Of a DNA stretch of 64,000 nt, positions 8,618 through 17,573 are shown piece after piece; the first letter of the stretch is position 1, and every line of letters begins with the position of its first letter. The position numbers and the translations under genes were made by a program. Where the stretch lies: NCBI GenBank assembly GCA_002788675.1, contig PFRS01000007.1, positions 270-64,269 on the forward strand. Direction: 5' to 3'. Origin of the DNA: Candidatus Pacebacteria bacterium CG_4_9_14_0_2_um_filter_40_15. Its GTDB lineage: Bacteria > Patescibacteriota > Microgenomatia > UBA1400 > PJMF01. The notes beneath the pieces are model-generated. The model made no database searches and was not told the origin of the DNA. It saw nothing but the letters and a program-made list of their open reading frames with translations.

Positions 8618-9688
8618 ATGAAAACATGGCAAAAGCTAGCTGTCTCAAATGCAGCAATCAGACCTTTCAAGATACGAGAAACGGTACTGGATACTATTAG
8701 ATCCTTTTTTAAAAAAGAGGGTTTTTTAGAAGTTGAAACTCCCCTTCTCTGTGAAAACCCAGGGACTGAGCCATATCTTGAGGTTTTTAAAACGACACTC
8801 AAAGCACAAAACTTTTCAGATAGACCTGGTTTTTTAGTTACGAGTCCTGAACTTTTTATGAAAAAATTGTTGGCTGCTGGAGTTGGTAGCTGTTTTCAAA
8901 TTTGTAAAAGTTTTAGAAACGAAGAAGGTGTGAGTGCCTTTCATAATCATGAATTCACTATTTTAGAGTGGTACCATGTTGATGCAGATTATACTGACGT
9001 GATGACTGATTGTGAGAATTTGTTGCTACGAATTCTTAGAACAGTTTCAGGGGATGAGACTGCCATTATTTTAACATATCAAGGCAAGGAATATGATCTT
9101 TCCCCAGGATGGGAGAGAATTTCTGTTGCTGAAGCATTCAAAAAATATGCAAACGTGGACATTGATGAACTTCTCACTGAAGAGTCATTACTCAAAATTG
9201 GACAGGAAAAAGGATATTCAGTTACAGAAACAACTGACTGGGAGGAAATCTATAACCAAATTTTTCTTAATGAAATTGAACCAAATTTAGGTAAAGCAAA
9301 GCCAACTATTATTTATGAGTATCCTGCTTCTCAAGCAGCACTTTCAAAACGCAAAGAATCTGATCCACGATTTGCTGAGCGCTTTGAGTTCTATATAGGA
9401 GGATTAGAGTTGGGAAATGCATTTTCAGAATTAACCGACTCTGATGAACAACGAGCTAGAATGCAGGAAGACCTTGAGATGCGAAAAAAAATGGATAAGT
9501 ATTCATACACCTTGGATGAAGACTTTTTTACAGCACTCAAAATGGGACTACCACGTACCGGTGGTATTGCTGTTGGTGTTGATAGATTAGTGATGCTTTT
9601 TGCAGATGTTGCATCTGTGCGTGAAACGCTTTTCTTTCCTATTAATGAAGTCTTTGATTTTTCTGTGACTGAATCTGATAAAAAATAA
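8618..9688 (+). CDS. epmA: EF-P lysine aminoacylase EpmA (GenX/PoxA)
   Basis: LysRS catalytic domain without anticodon domain; TSPELFMKKLL, FRNEE, HNHEFTILEWY, ERFE, ELGNAFSEL, GVDRL; adjacent to efp. Confidence 0.92.
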   Translation: MKTWQKLAVSNAAIRPFKIRETVLDTIRSFFKKEGFLEVETPLLCENPGTEPYLEVFKTTLKAQNFSDRPGFLVTSPELFMKKLLAAGVGSCFQICKSFRNEEGVSAFHNHEFTILEWYHVDADYTDVMTDCENLLLRILRTVSGDETAIILTYQGKEYDLSPGWERISVAEAFKKYANVDIDELLTEESLLKIGQEKGYSVTETTDWEEIYNQIFLNEIEPNLGKAKPTIIYEYPASQAALSKRKESDPRFAERFEFYIGGLELGNAFSELTDSDEQRARMQEDLEMRKKMDKYSYTLDEDFFTALKMGLPRTGGIAVGVDRLVMLFADVASVRETLFFPINEVFDFSVTESDKK

Positions 9689-9711
9689 AACCAATGATAT
9701 AATACTACTCT

Positions 9712-10278
9712 ATGTCTATCGTCAAAGCCGGAAACATTCGAAAAGGGATGTACCTACTCCATAAAGATCAACCTTACTATGTCACTCATACTGATTTTAT
9801 GAGTCCAGGAAAAGGCTCAGCATTCATGCGAGTAAAGTATCGTAATGTGATTACTGGTAATACTGAAGAATTTACCTATAAGTCAAGTGAATCTGTTGAA
9901 GAAGCTGAAATTCAAAGTACTCAAATGCAGTTCTTGTATGTTGATGGCAGTGACTCAGTTTTTATGGATAACAATACGTATGAGCAAGTTGAAATTCCAA
10001 CTGTTATGCTTGAAGATAAGCAGGGACTTTTAACACCTGATATTCAAGTATATGTTATGTTTTACAATGGAAAAGCACTCGGTGTTTCACTCCCTCCAAA
10101 AGTTCGCCTTAAAGTTACCTATGCTGAAGAAGCTACAGCTGGAAATACACAAGGTCAAGCTCGAAAAATGGTTACACTTGAAACTGGACTAGAAATTTCA
10201 GCTCCAATCTTTGTAAAAGAAGGTGACACACTTGTTATCGACACCGATACAGTAAGTTACGTTTCTCGAGCTAACTAA
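9712..10278 (+). CDS. efp: elongation factor P
   Basis: SPGKGSAF tip motif, MQFLY, LETG..P.FVKEGD. Confidence 0.95.
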   Translation: MSIVKAGNIRKGMYLLHKDQPYYVTHTDFMSPGKGSAFMRVKYRNVITGNTEEFTYKSSESVEEAEIQSTQMQFLYVDGSDSVFMDNNTYEQVEIPTVMLEDKQGLLTPDIQVYVMFYNGKALGVSLPPKVRLKVTYAEEATAGNTQGQARKMVTLETGLEISAPIFVKEGDTLVIDTDTVSYVSRAN

Positions 10279-10284
10279 TTTTTC

Positions 10285-11250
10285 TTAGAAAAGTCCCAGA
10301 GTTTTTACAACAAAGACAATAAAGAAGGCTATGAGTGCAACGCCAATTTTCTTTGGTACCTGCTTGCCTTTATACATGAATAGCATCAGGCAAAAGAAAA
10401 TAGTTATTATCAATAATGAATAGAGCTCCCAGGCTGAAATCGGTCCTTGATCGCCAAAGAGCAAAATAATTCCAGGAAATAGTGCTAGGTTAAACACGTT
10501 GCTTCCAACCAATGTTCCAATTACAACTTTATTTTCATGTTTGTGTGAAGCAATAACAGAGAGAATAAGTTCAGGTAATGAAGTCGAAATGGCTGTGAGA
10601 GTTAATCCAAGCACAGATGTTGCGTATCCTAAGATATGAGCAAGTCCATTTACAGCATTCACTGTAACCATACCGCCAACGGTTAAGCCTGCGGTAGTGG
10701 TAAGTAGGGTAATGATATAAAAGAGACGTGGGTGTTTTCTATTTTTTTTGTATAGATTCTGAAGTGCATCTAATAAGCGCTTATCTTCATGAAGTCTCCC
10801 CTGTTTTGCGGAAAAATATTGATACAAAAGTGAAATGCTTATTGTGAAGAAGAAGATTATCACTTTATTTTGGAGTGATATAGATGAAAGAAGTAAAATC
10901 ACAAACAAAACAGTGATTGCCAAGAGCAAAACAGCATTCTTCTGTGATTTATTATTGCCAAGCTTAACGCCTCCAAAAAGTGTCGCTACTCCAAAGATAA
11001 GAGTAATATTTGCAATACTGCTACCAATCAAGTTAGCCATAGCTAAGTCTGCATCATGTTGATAGAGAGATACACCAGTAACGGTGAGCTCTGGCAAGTT
11101 TGTGCCGAGCGCAACAATTACAAGGGAAATAAACAATGGTGAAAATCGCCATTTTGCTGCTAGTTCTTGAATTACCTTAAGAAATGCTTGTGAAGATACA
11201 AGCATAATACTTAAACCAATGGCAAATGAGAACAATGTGGGCAGTAACAC
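10285..11250 (-). CDS. Ca2+/Na+ antiporter (YrbG/CaCA family)
   Basis: Two alpha repeats GTNLPEL and STSLPEL, GSNVFN, ~10 TM helices. Confidence 0.9.
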   Translation of the reverse strand: MLLPTLFSFAIGLSIMLVSSQAFLKVIQELAAKWRFSPLFISLVIVALGTNLPELTVTGVSLYQHDADLAMANLIGSSIANITLIFGVATLFGGVKLGNNKSQKNAVLLLAITVLFVILLLSSISLQNKVIIFFFTISISLLYQYFSAKQGRLHEDKRLLDALQNLYKKNRKHPRLFYIITLLTTTAGLTVGGMVTVNAVNGLAHILGYATSVLGLTLTAISTSLPELILSVIASHKHENKVVIGTLVGSNVFNLALFPGIILLFGDQGPISAWELYSLLIITIFFCLMLFMYKGKQVPKKIGVALIAFFIVFVVKTLGLF

Positions 11251-11301
11251 ATGTTCAGTATAGCAACCTGAAGAGGTATTTGTCTACCGAGTGGAATAGA
11301 G

Positions 11302-11330
11302 TTGACATTTTATAAAAAATATCCTATAAT
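11302..11330 (+). promoter_or_regulatory. consensus sigma70 promoter
   Basis: TTGACA(11302)-17 nt-TATAAT(11325). Confidence 0.75.
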
Positions 11331-11381
11331 TATTAATTAGCTTTTTAAAATGTTACTTTATTTTAGCATCAGCCTTTTTGG

Positions 11382-11732
11382 TTGATGAATCATGGAGAGA
11401 CGATAATGGTCATCTTGGAATATGTATTTTATTTTGTTGTACTAGGTTGGAAGTCGATTACAGAGACGGCTGATTATTTAATTCAAGGTTGCATTGGTAT
11501 TGTGGTTGGTATATGTGTACTAGCATCGCCAGCAGCAACACCATTTGTTGTAGTAACGGGGGTATTTGCGTATGGTGTTGGCATGCTTGCTTTCAGCTAT
11601 ACGAAGAAACTCGCCTTAAATTCTGATCCGGATCCCATAATGTATTATATAATTTGTGGATTTGCTACAGGTTACCTTTGGGGATACATTTTCTACTGGG
11701 TTGCATCATTGGCAACCACAGTTCCTAGCTAA
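11382..11732 (+). CDS. hypothetical membrane protein
   Basis: Hydrophobic 116-aa ORF; upstream TTGACA-17-TATAAT promoter; downstream terminator. Confidence 0.65.
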   Translation: MMNHGETIMVILEYVFYFVVLGWKSITETADYLIQGCIGIVVGICVLASPAATPFVVVTGVFAYGVGMLAFSYTKKLALNSDPDPIMYYIICGFATGYLWGYIFYWVASLATTVPS

Positions 11733-11753
11733 TTTATTTAACATTTTTTTGCT

Positions 11754-11786
11754 AACTGCTCGGTCATGTACCGGGCAGTTTTTTTT
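11754..11786 (+). terminator. intrinsic terminator
   Basis: aactgctcggt-catgt-accgggcagtt followed by T run. Confidence 0.75.
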
Positions 11787-13020
11787 ATAAAATTTCATTT
11801 AGCTCACGCTGAGGCATGCGAATTTTTTTAGGTGTCACAAAGAGTAATCCAAGAGAAATTATTGCTAAGCTAATTCCCAAGAGTGAAAAAGCACCTTTAA
11901 TGCCAATAATTGATGCTAAGAATGTAGCAACAATGGGCCCAATCACATAGGCAAAACTGCTAGATGAACCTTGTAGACCAATCAATTCATTACCATCATC
12001 TTTCAGTCGACTTATGTAATCTTCAAAGGTGGCTTTCATTTCTGGTACAGCAATTCCCATAAAGAATGAAACCAGTAGTGTGACAACTAATATTACAACT
12101 ACCGAATGAAGGAGCACATAAGTACCTAAAGCAACACCGGCCAAAGCGCTACAAATGAGTGCTGTTTTCTTTTTACCAATGGGAAGGGTTAATTTTGTTA
12201 GGAATAGGCCTACAAAGGTAGCTGGTAGAATGTAGGCTGTAAGCAAAAAGCTACCCAAACTGCTTTCCTGCGATAATGACTGCATTAGAAGGGCCCCAAT
12301 TGTCCAAAAGCTGGCGTCAACACTAGAAACAATAAGCTGTAGTGCTAGTAGTGGCCAAACGCTTTTAAAGAGAATTTTCCATACTTTGAACTCCGAAATC
12401 CAAGACTTGTGAAGTTCTTTTTTTTGATTTCTATGTGAGTGTGGATTAATAAATACAATTCTAAAAAATAGAGTAAGAAAAAGTGCGATTCCCAAAAAAA
12501 ATAACACGGCAGTGAACCCAAGCTCAAAACTACTTGAAAGTAGATGTACCGCAAGTAACGGCCCAAGTGCATATGCTCCAGAATGAAATGCCTGGAGTAT
12601 TCCCCATGCTTTGGTATGTTCTGACAAATGGATGTAACTGTTCACAAACTGAAATGATGAAAACATGTTGAGTTCAAAATACACCCCCCATATTGCCATA
12701 GCCAGAAAGAGTGTCATTATATGCTGTGGAAAAAATAGAAATGTGGTTGGAAACAGTATGGCCGAAAGTAACGTAACTTTTAAGAAAAAAAAGTGAGATT
12801 TATTGGTAAATATTTTTGGAAATACTATGTCACAAATAATGCCGACAACAGATGAAAATGCAAAAATAAGCCCCATTATAAACGTGCTACTTACCTGTGC
12901 CTCAATGAAGATCGGACTGATGTAAGACATGATTGCATCGGCAAAAGAAATCAAGAAAGATATCACTGCAAAGGATAGCAATACAAGCCACTGTGGTTTT
13001 TTACCTCGAATGAAAAACAT
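11785..13020 (-). CDS. MFS transporter
   Basis: ~12 TM helices in two halves; likely start MFFIRG (ORF track extends to 13059). Confidence 0.85.
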   Translation of the reverse strand: MFFIRGKKPQWLVLLSFAVISFLISFADAIMSYISPIFIEAQVSSTFIMGLIFAFSSVVGIICDIVFPKIFTNKSHFFFLKVTLLSAILFPTTFLFFPQHIMTLFLAMAIWGVYFELNMFSSFQFVNSYIHLSEHTKAWGILQAFHSGAYALGPLLAVHLLSSSFELGFTAVLFFLGIALFLTLFFRIVFINPHSHRNQKKELHKSWISEFKVWKILFKSVWPLLALQLIVSSVDASFWTIGALLMQSLSQESSLGSFLLTAYILPATFVGLFLTKLTLPIGKKKTALICSALAGVALGTYVLLHSVVVILVVTLLVSFFMGIAVPEMKATFEDYISRLKDDGNELIGLQGSSSSFAYVIGPIVATFLASIIGIKGAFSLLGISLAIISLGLLFVTPKKIRMPQRELNEIL

Positions 13021-13122
13021 GTATACAGTATGCATCTTTTTTATCGAAAAGGGAAGCAAATATGAGCTTAATGAGTATGTTGAACACTGTAATTTCTATT
13101 TGATGCAATGTGAAAGAAATAA

Positions 13123-13145
13123 CTCTCCGGCTTTTGGCCGGAGAG
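13123..13145. terminator. hairpin, probable terminator
   Basis: ctctccggc-ttttg-gccggagag just after the 13151-13477 stop. Confidence 0.55.
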
Positions 13146-13150
13146 CGTGT

Positions 13151-13477
13151 TTATTTTGAAACAACAAAAGTGCCATCACTGGCTTGCCAGTGATGAGAGT
13201 AGATATCTGTGCACAACTCATTATTAAAGCGTGCATCAGATACAAAGTCTTGCATCATCCACCAATAATCGGTGGTGCATGGAAACTTCATTTTTTTATG
13301 ATTCCCTGGTTGTTGGCCAAGTTCATCAAAAGTGCAATGACGGATATACCGCCGCATGCTTTTTTTGAACTGCCGAACAAGATTACCTTTGCCTGCATAG
13401 CCACGGTACACAGCTTTTTTGTAACTGTTACCGCTCCGACGCCCGGTTTTTTTTGCTACTTTCCCATCTTTTGCCAT
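13151..13477 (-). CDS. hypothetical basic protein
   Basis: ATG with upstream GGAGA; K/R-rich 108 aa with DYWW motif. Confidence 0.65.
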   Translation of the reverse strand: MAKDGKVAKKTGRRSGNSYKKAVYRGYAGKGNLVRQFKKSMRRYIRHCTFDELGQQPGNHKKMKFPCTTDYWWMMQDFVSDARFNNELCTDIYSHHWQASDGTFVVSK

Positions 13478-13641
13478 TTATTAATGTTCTCCAAATTACG
13501 GTTAGCAGTTATTTTTGAAAAAAACTGCCAATGATAATGGTAGATGAGTGTATTATATCGTGAAAAATCAAAAAGTAAAATACTATGAGATGTATATAGT
13601 TGAGTAAATAAGATTGAGCTTGTTGTGCTCTACTTAACTAT

Positions 13642-13938
13642 TTATTCAGTAAATGCTGTAATCCAAGCAGTAATTTCACGATTGAATGCTCTTGGCATGG
13701 TATAAGCTGAAAGCATAAGGTATTGATCTGTACCTTTGTGATGAATGTAGAGATTATTACGATCCATTCGCAGATCAAGTTGATCGGCTAATTCTGGTTC
13801 CATTTCATAATCATCTTTAGCACCGTTATAGTCGAATGCTGCATCAAAGAGTGCTTTGAGTTCATTTTGACGAATGCCAGCTTGAATTTCAGCAGGGCTA
13901 GGAATATCATCTGGTGTTGGTTTTTTTCGTTCAGACAT
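13642..13938 (-). CDS. hypothetical protein
   Basis: 98-aa ORF with TGGTATAAT 6 nt before ATG. Confidence 0.7.
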   Translation of the reverse strand: MSERKKPTPDDIPSPAEIQAGIRQNELKALFDAAFDYNGAKDDYEMEPELADQLDLRMDRNNLYIHHKGTDQYLMLSAYTMPRAFNREITAWITAFTE

Positions 13939-13996
13939 GTGCCTATTATACCACTCTGAAGCGTTTCAAGAGTTTTTCTTAAAGAAAGCAATAATT

Positions 13997-14515
13997 TTAG
14001 TTTTTTACTACACCCCACTGAGCATCTGAGTATTTAGGATTATTTTGTATGTTTTTTTCAATTAGGTTACCGATTACTTTCATATCGTCATCAGTCAGTG
14101 GCTTGAAACCATCGTAAAAACCTGTAGATCTGTCAGGTAACGAGACTGCTTCAGGAAGTGTTTGTGGGCCATTTGAAAAGACTCGACCGAAGATATGGAT
14201 ATGGAGTGTTGGTCGCTCATTTCGCTTAAACGCCCAATTTCCTAGGTCTTCCAGGTTTACCCATGCTACTTTTATCCCCTGCACGTTTAATCCTGCCATC
14301 ATAGATTCCCTTACCACCATTTCTAGCCTGGCAAGTTCAATCATCTCGAGAGGTGTGAGGTCATTTATACAGCTAATTGTGTGGTCTTTTGGGAAAATAC
14401 GTATGTGGCCACCTTCTTCTCGCGATACGAAAGGATGAGGTGATCTTTCTACGGTAAAAGATTTTGATGCAAAGATTAGGTTTGTTTGTTCAATTGTCAT
14501 AGAGTTCTCTTCCAT
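13997..14515 (-). CDS. HIT-like family protein
   Basis: GGHIRIFPK and TLHIHIFGR (first triad His absent). Confidence 0.75.
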   Translation of the reverse strand: MEENSMTIEQTNLIFASKSFTVERSPHPFVSREEGGHIRIFPKDHTISCINDLTPLEMIELARLEMVVRESMMAGLNVQGIKVAWVNLEDLGNWAFKRNERPTLHIHIFGRVFSNGPQTLPEAVSLPDRSTGFYDGFKPLTDDDMKVIGNLIEKNIQNNPKYSDAQWGVVKN

Positions 14516-14561
14516 TTTTTTGTTTACTTTAACTCTCTCTCCCTACAGCCATATGTTCAGG

Positions 14562-15422
14562 TTAGAGGAATAAAAGTATTAATCCAGCTGTTACTCCTAC
14601 TATTCCAATCATCTTTTTAGTCGTTAATTCGTCTTTAAAAAAGAAGGAAGACATGATTGTTAATAGTGAAATTGATGCGGCATTTGTGGCATTAACATAG
14701 CCAACATTTGGAGCCAAATTAAATCCAACTTGCATAAAGTAAGCATAGCTCGAGCCAAATAAGCCAATAAAAATGAGTGTTACGAGTTGTGTTTTATTAA
14801 TGTGAAAAACTGGAATTTTCTTAACGAGTATTTCTCCGAGTATTAAGACAGTTACAACCAGCATTGATAAAATAAGCCGAGTAAGAATAGGCACACCCAT
14901 ATTGAGTAGATATTTTGAGCTTAGTGCCAGAAATCCCCAGCAAAAAAATGCACCCATCGTGTAAGGGAACCATACTGAATTTGAAGTAGCTTTATTTTTT
15001 TCTTTATCGATCGTAATGAAAGCTGAAAATAATACGATAGCTAGAATGGCAATTGCGGACTTAAATGTTAGTGGAGCAAAAAAAATGAATATCGAAGCTA
15101 TTGCGGTAAAAACCACATAACTTTTTGAGATAATTAAACTATATCCCGGGTTTGGAGAATTCTCCATTCCTTTTAAGGAAAAAACATTTCCAAAATAACT
15201 AAAGAAAATACCTGAAACTAAAATGAGTATTAACTCGACTGGTGTAAGCGCATAACTAGTTGGGGTTTTAATCGTTACAGCTATGTACACAAGTACTGGT
15301 ATTAGAAACATAGCCAAGTTATTTAGTTGTTGAGGAGTTTTGAGTGCATTGCTTTTTCGCACGCAAAGATACAGTGCAACCGAGCTGAAAAACATTAGTA
15401 GGCTGGCAATAATCCAATTCAT
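14562..15422 (-). CDS. EamA/DMT family transporter
   Basis: Two 5-TM repeats, FFFKDELTTKKMIG C-terminal signature. Confidence 0.85.
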   Translation of the reverse strand: MNWIIASLLMFFSSVALYLCVRKSNALKTPQQLNNLAMFLIPVLVYIAVTIKTPTSYALTPVELILILVSGIFFSYFGNVFSLKGMENSPNPGYSLIISKSYVVFTAIASIFIFFAPLTFKSAIAILAIVLFSAFITIDKEKNKATSNSVWFPYTMGAFFCWGFLALSSKYLLNMGVPILTRLILSMLVVTVLILGEILVKKIPVFHINKTQLVTLIFIGLFGSSYAYFMQVGFNLAPNVGYVNATNAASISLLTIMSSFFFKDELTTKKMIGIVGVTAGLILLFL

Positions 15423-15498
15423 ATATATAGTATAGTTCAAGTGAAGAAATAATTTGGATTTAAACTTGAGTTGGTGATGTTCAGAGTAAAAAGATATG

Positions 15499-15573
15499 GG
15501 TGGCTAACCGGGTTCGAACCGGCGACCTTCGGTACCACAAACCGACGCTCTAACCAACTGAGCTATAGCCACC
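15499..15573 (-). tRNA. tRNA-His(GTG)
   Basis: G-1 plus GTGGCTA acceptor, C73, anticodon loop TTGTGGT, GGTTCGAACCC. Confidence 0.95.
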
Positions 15574-15704
15574 ATGCATAGGTACAAAAAGTGCACCAAT
15601 GTAAAATAAAGAACGAAGCATATTATAGCTTGAATTCAGAGTTTAGCCAAGTCACTAACAGGACCCTGGGCAATTATTTTTGATCTGATACAATCAGTTA
15701 CCAA

Positions 15705-17081
15705 ATGGGACTTTTTTTATTTTTAGTTTCACTCTTTTCAGCTGTTGGGTTTATGCTTACGTTGTTAGGATTTTGGGGCTGGTTGCCCAGCTTTTTTTTG
15801 TACCTACTCTTTAGTGTCTTTCTTGTTGTCCCAGTTAGTATTCTCTATCGTCTCTTTCTTTTTATTCCTCAATTATCAAAAAATGAGAGAGTATTTCTAT
15901 TTGTTATACTTACTATTTGGTTTGGACATTTTATACAAGTCCTTGTGCCTGAAACAGGGTTTGATGCGCTCTGGTATCACTTGCCAGTAGTTGAACATAT
16001 TTTATCTATTGGTAAAATTACGTATCTCCCTGAGTTATATCAAACCATGAATCCCCTCTTTGCGGATATGTATTTTTTAGTGGGCTACTTTGTTGCTGGA
16101 TCAGTAGGCGCAAAGCTAGTTGCATATCTCTTTGGAATGATGTTGGCTGCAACTACCTATTTTGTAGCGCGTTTCTTTTTACGTAGAGATTTGTCATTAC
16201 TTGTTGTAGCAACTGTATCACTCTTTCAGGTGGTGGCTTGGCAATCTAGTAGTTTTTATGTTGACGTGGCTAAAGCATTTTTTGAGCTAGCTGGTCTTCT
16301 AGCTATATTGAATGTTTCAAAGAAATCAACACGGTTTTTATTATTAGCAGCCCTGCTCTTTTCAGCAAGTTTAGCAACAAAAATGTTTTCACTGTTTTTA
16401 GTGCCACTTTTCTTGGGAATTCTTTGGAGCAGTTGGAAAGAAAGAAAGTTGAAAGTGAGTTTCTTTGTTGTTTTAGTTGTTGTTCTTTTTGTATGTGCGC
16501 TACCCTATTATCTAGGAGCATGGAGGTATACGGGTAATCCTGTATTTTCTTTAGTGGTTCCACTGGCTATCTTGGGTGAAATTGGTGGGTCTGGTTCAGT
16601 TGTGGGGTATGTGCTAAGAAGAATAAAGTTAAGCCCGTTACTATTTGTTACATTACTCTTTGCTAGAGATTATGTTCCGCCACTTACTCTTTTGGCAGTT
16701 ATCCCAATAGCTAAACGGTTCAAAGATATTTCTCGTGATTATACATTAAAGTTACTTGGAGTATTTTCGTTTTATCAGCTTGGAATTTGGTGGTTTGTGC
16801 CACCATTTTCAACTAGGTATGCGTTGTCTGGGTTTATTACACTCTTTTTGCTTGGAGTAATCGTTGTTGATCGGTACTTTGTACATACAAAAAGGCAACG
16901 ATTTGTGTTTATGGTTATGCTTTGCCTACAGATAGCAGTCTTGTCGATTCCCAGAGTTATTGTGGCCGGAAGGAGTCTAACCTATTTACTTACAGCACAA
17001 ACTCAACGTGAGTATCTACAGCAGTTCTATGATGGAACGATTGACGATAAAATTAATGATTGGTACTATCCAAAAAAATAA
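15705..17081 (+). CDS. GT-C fold (ArnT/PMT-like) polytopic glycosyltransferase
   Basis: FDALWYHLP, YVD, LATK, YTGNPVF, TRY motifs; ~13 TM helices. Confidence 0.75.
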   Translation: MGLFLFLVSLFSAVGFMLTLLGFWGWLPSFFLYLLFSVFLVVPVSILYRLFLFIPQLSKNERVFLFVILTIWFGHFIQVLVPETGFDALWYHLPVVEHILSIGKITYLPELYQTMNPLFADMYFLVGYFVAGSVGAKLVAYLFGMMLAATTYFVARFFLRRDLSLLVVATVSLFQVVAWQSSSFYVDVAKAFFELAGLLAILNVSKKSTRFLLLAALLFSASLATKMFSLFLVPLFLGILWSSWKERKLKVSFFVVLVVVLFVCALPYYLGAWRYTGNPVFSLVVPLAILGEIGGSGSVVGYVLRRIKLSPLLFVTLLFARDYVPPLTLLAVIPIAKRFKDISRDYTLKLLGVFSFYQLGIWWFVPPFSTRYALSGFITLFLLGVIVVDRYFVHTKRQRFVFMVMLCLQIAVLSIPRVIVAGRSLTYLLTAQTQREYLQQFYDGTIDDKINDWYYPKK

Positions 17082-17105
17082 CGCACATGATGGTGCGTTT
17101 TTTTG

Positions 17106-17179
<74 letters not shown>

Positions 17180-17232
17180 ACGTATTGGTTGTAGGGGTTT
17201 ATTATACCACCGACTTTTGTGATTTAAACGTT

Positions 17233-17260
17233 TAAGCCGCAGGCAAAAGCCTGCGGCTTA
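17233..17260. terminator. perfect hairpin, probable terminator of pyk transcript
   Basis: taagccgcaggc-aaaa-gcctgcggctta. Confidence 0.65.
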
Positions 17261-17288
17261 TTTCTCAGAGCAAAACTCTGGAGACAGG

Positions 17289-17552
17289 CTATTCTTTTTG
17301 TGCTGTTTTTTTAGCAGCAACCGTAGCTTTTTTGACAGCAGTTTTTGTTTTCTTCACTGTTTTTTTAGCTGTTTTTACTTGTTTTTTAACTTCCTTCTCT
17401 GCTTTTTTTGCAGAGCTTTTAATATCTTGGGTTGCTTTGGTAACGGCTTCCTTTGCCTTTTCTCTGTTTTCATCTTTTGAGAAGAAAACAGCTGCGGCTC
17501 CAGCAACTGCGCCAAGTGCGAGTGTAAAGAGACTGTTTGATTTTTTCCCCAT
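17289..17552 (-). CDS. YtxH-like membrane-anchored protein with Lys/Ala-rich tail
   Basis: LALGAVAGAAAVFFS..ENREK anchor followed by AKK/VKK repeats. Confidence 0.75.
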   Translation of the reverse strand: MGKKSNSLFTLALGAVAGAAAVFFSKDENREKAKEAVTKATQDIKSSAKKAEKEVKKQVKTAKKTVKKTKTAVKKATVAAKKTAQKE

Positions 17553-17573
17553 AGTACCCCTTTCGGATATTTA

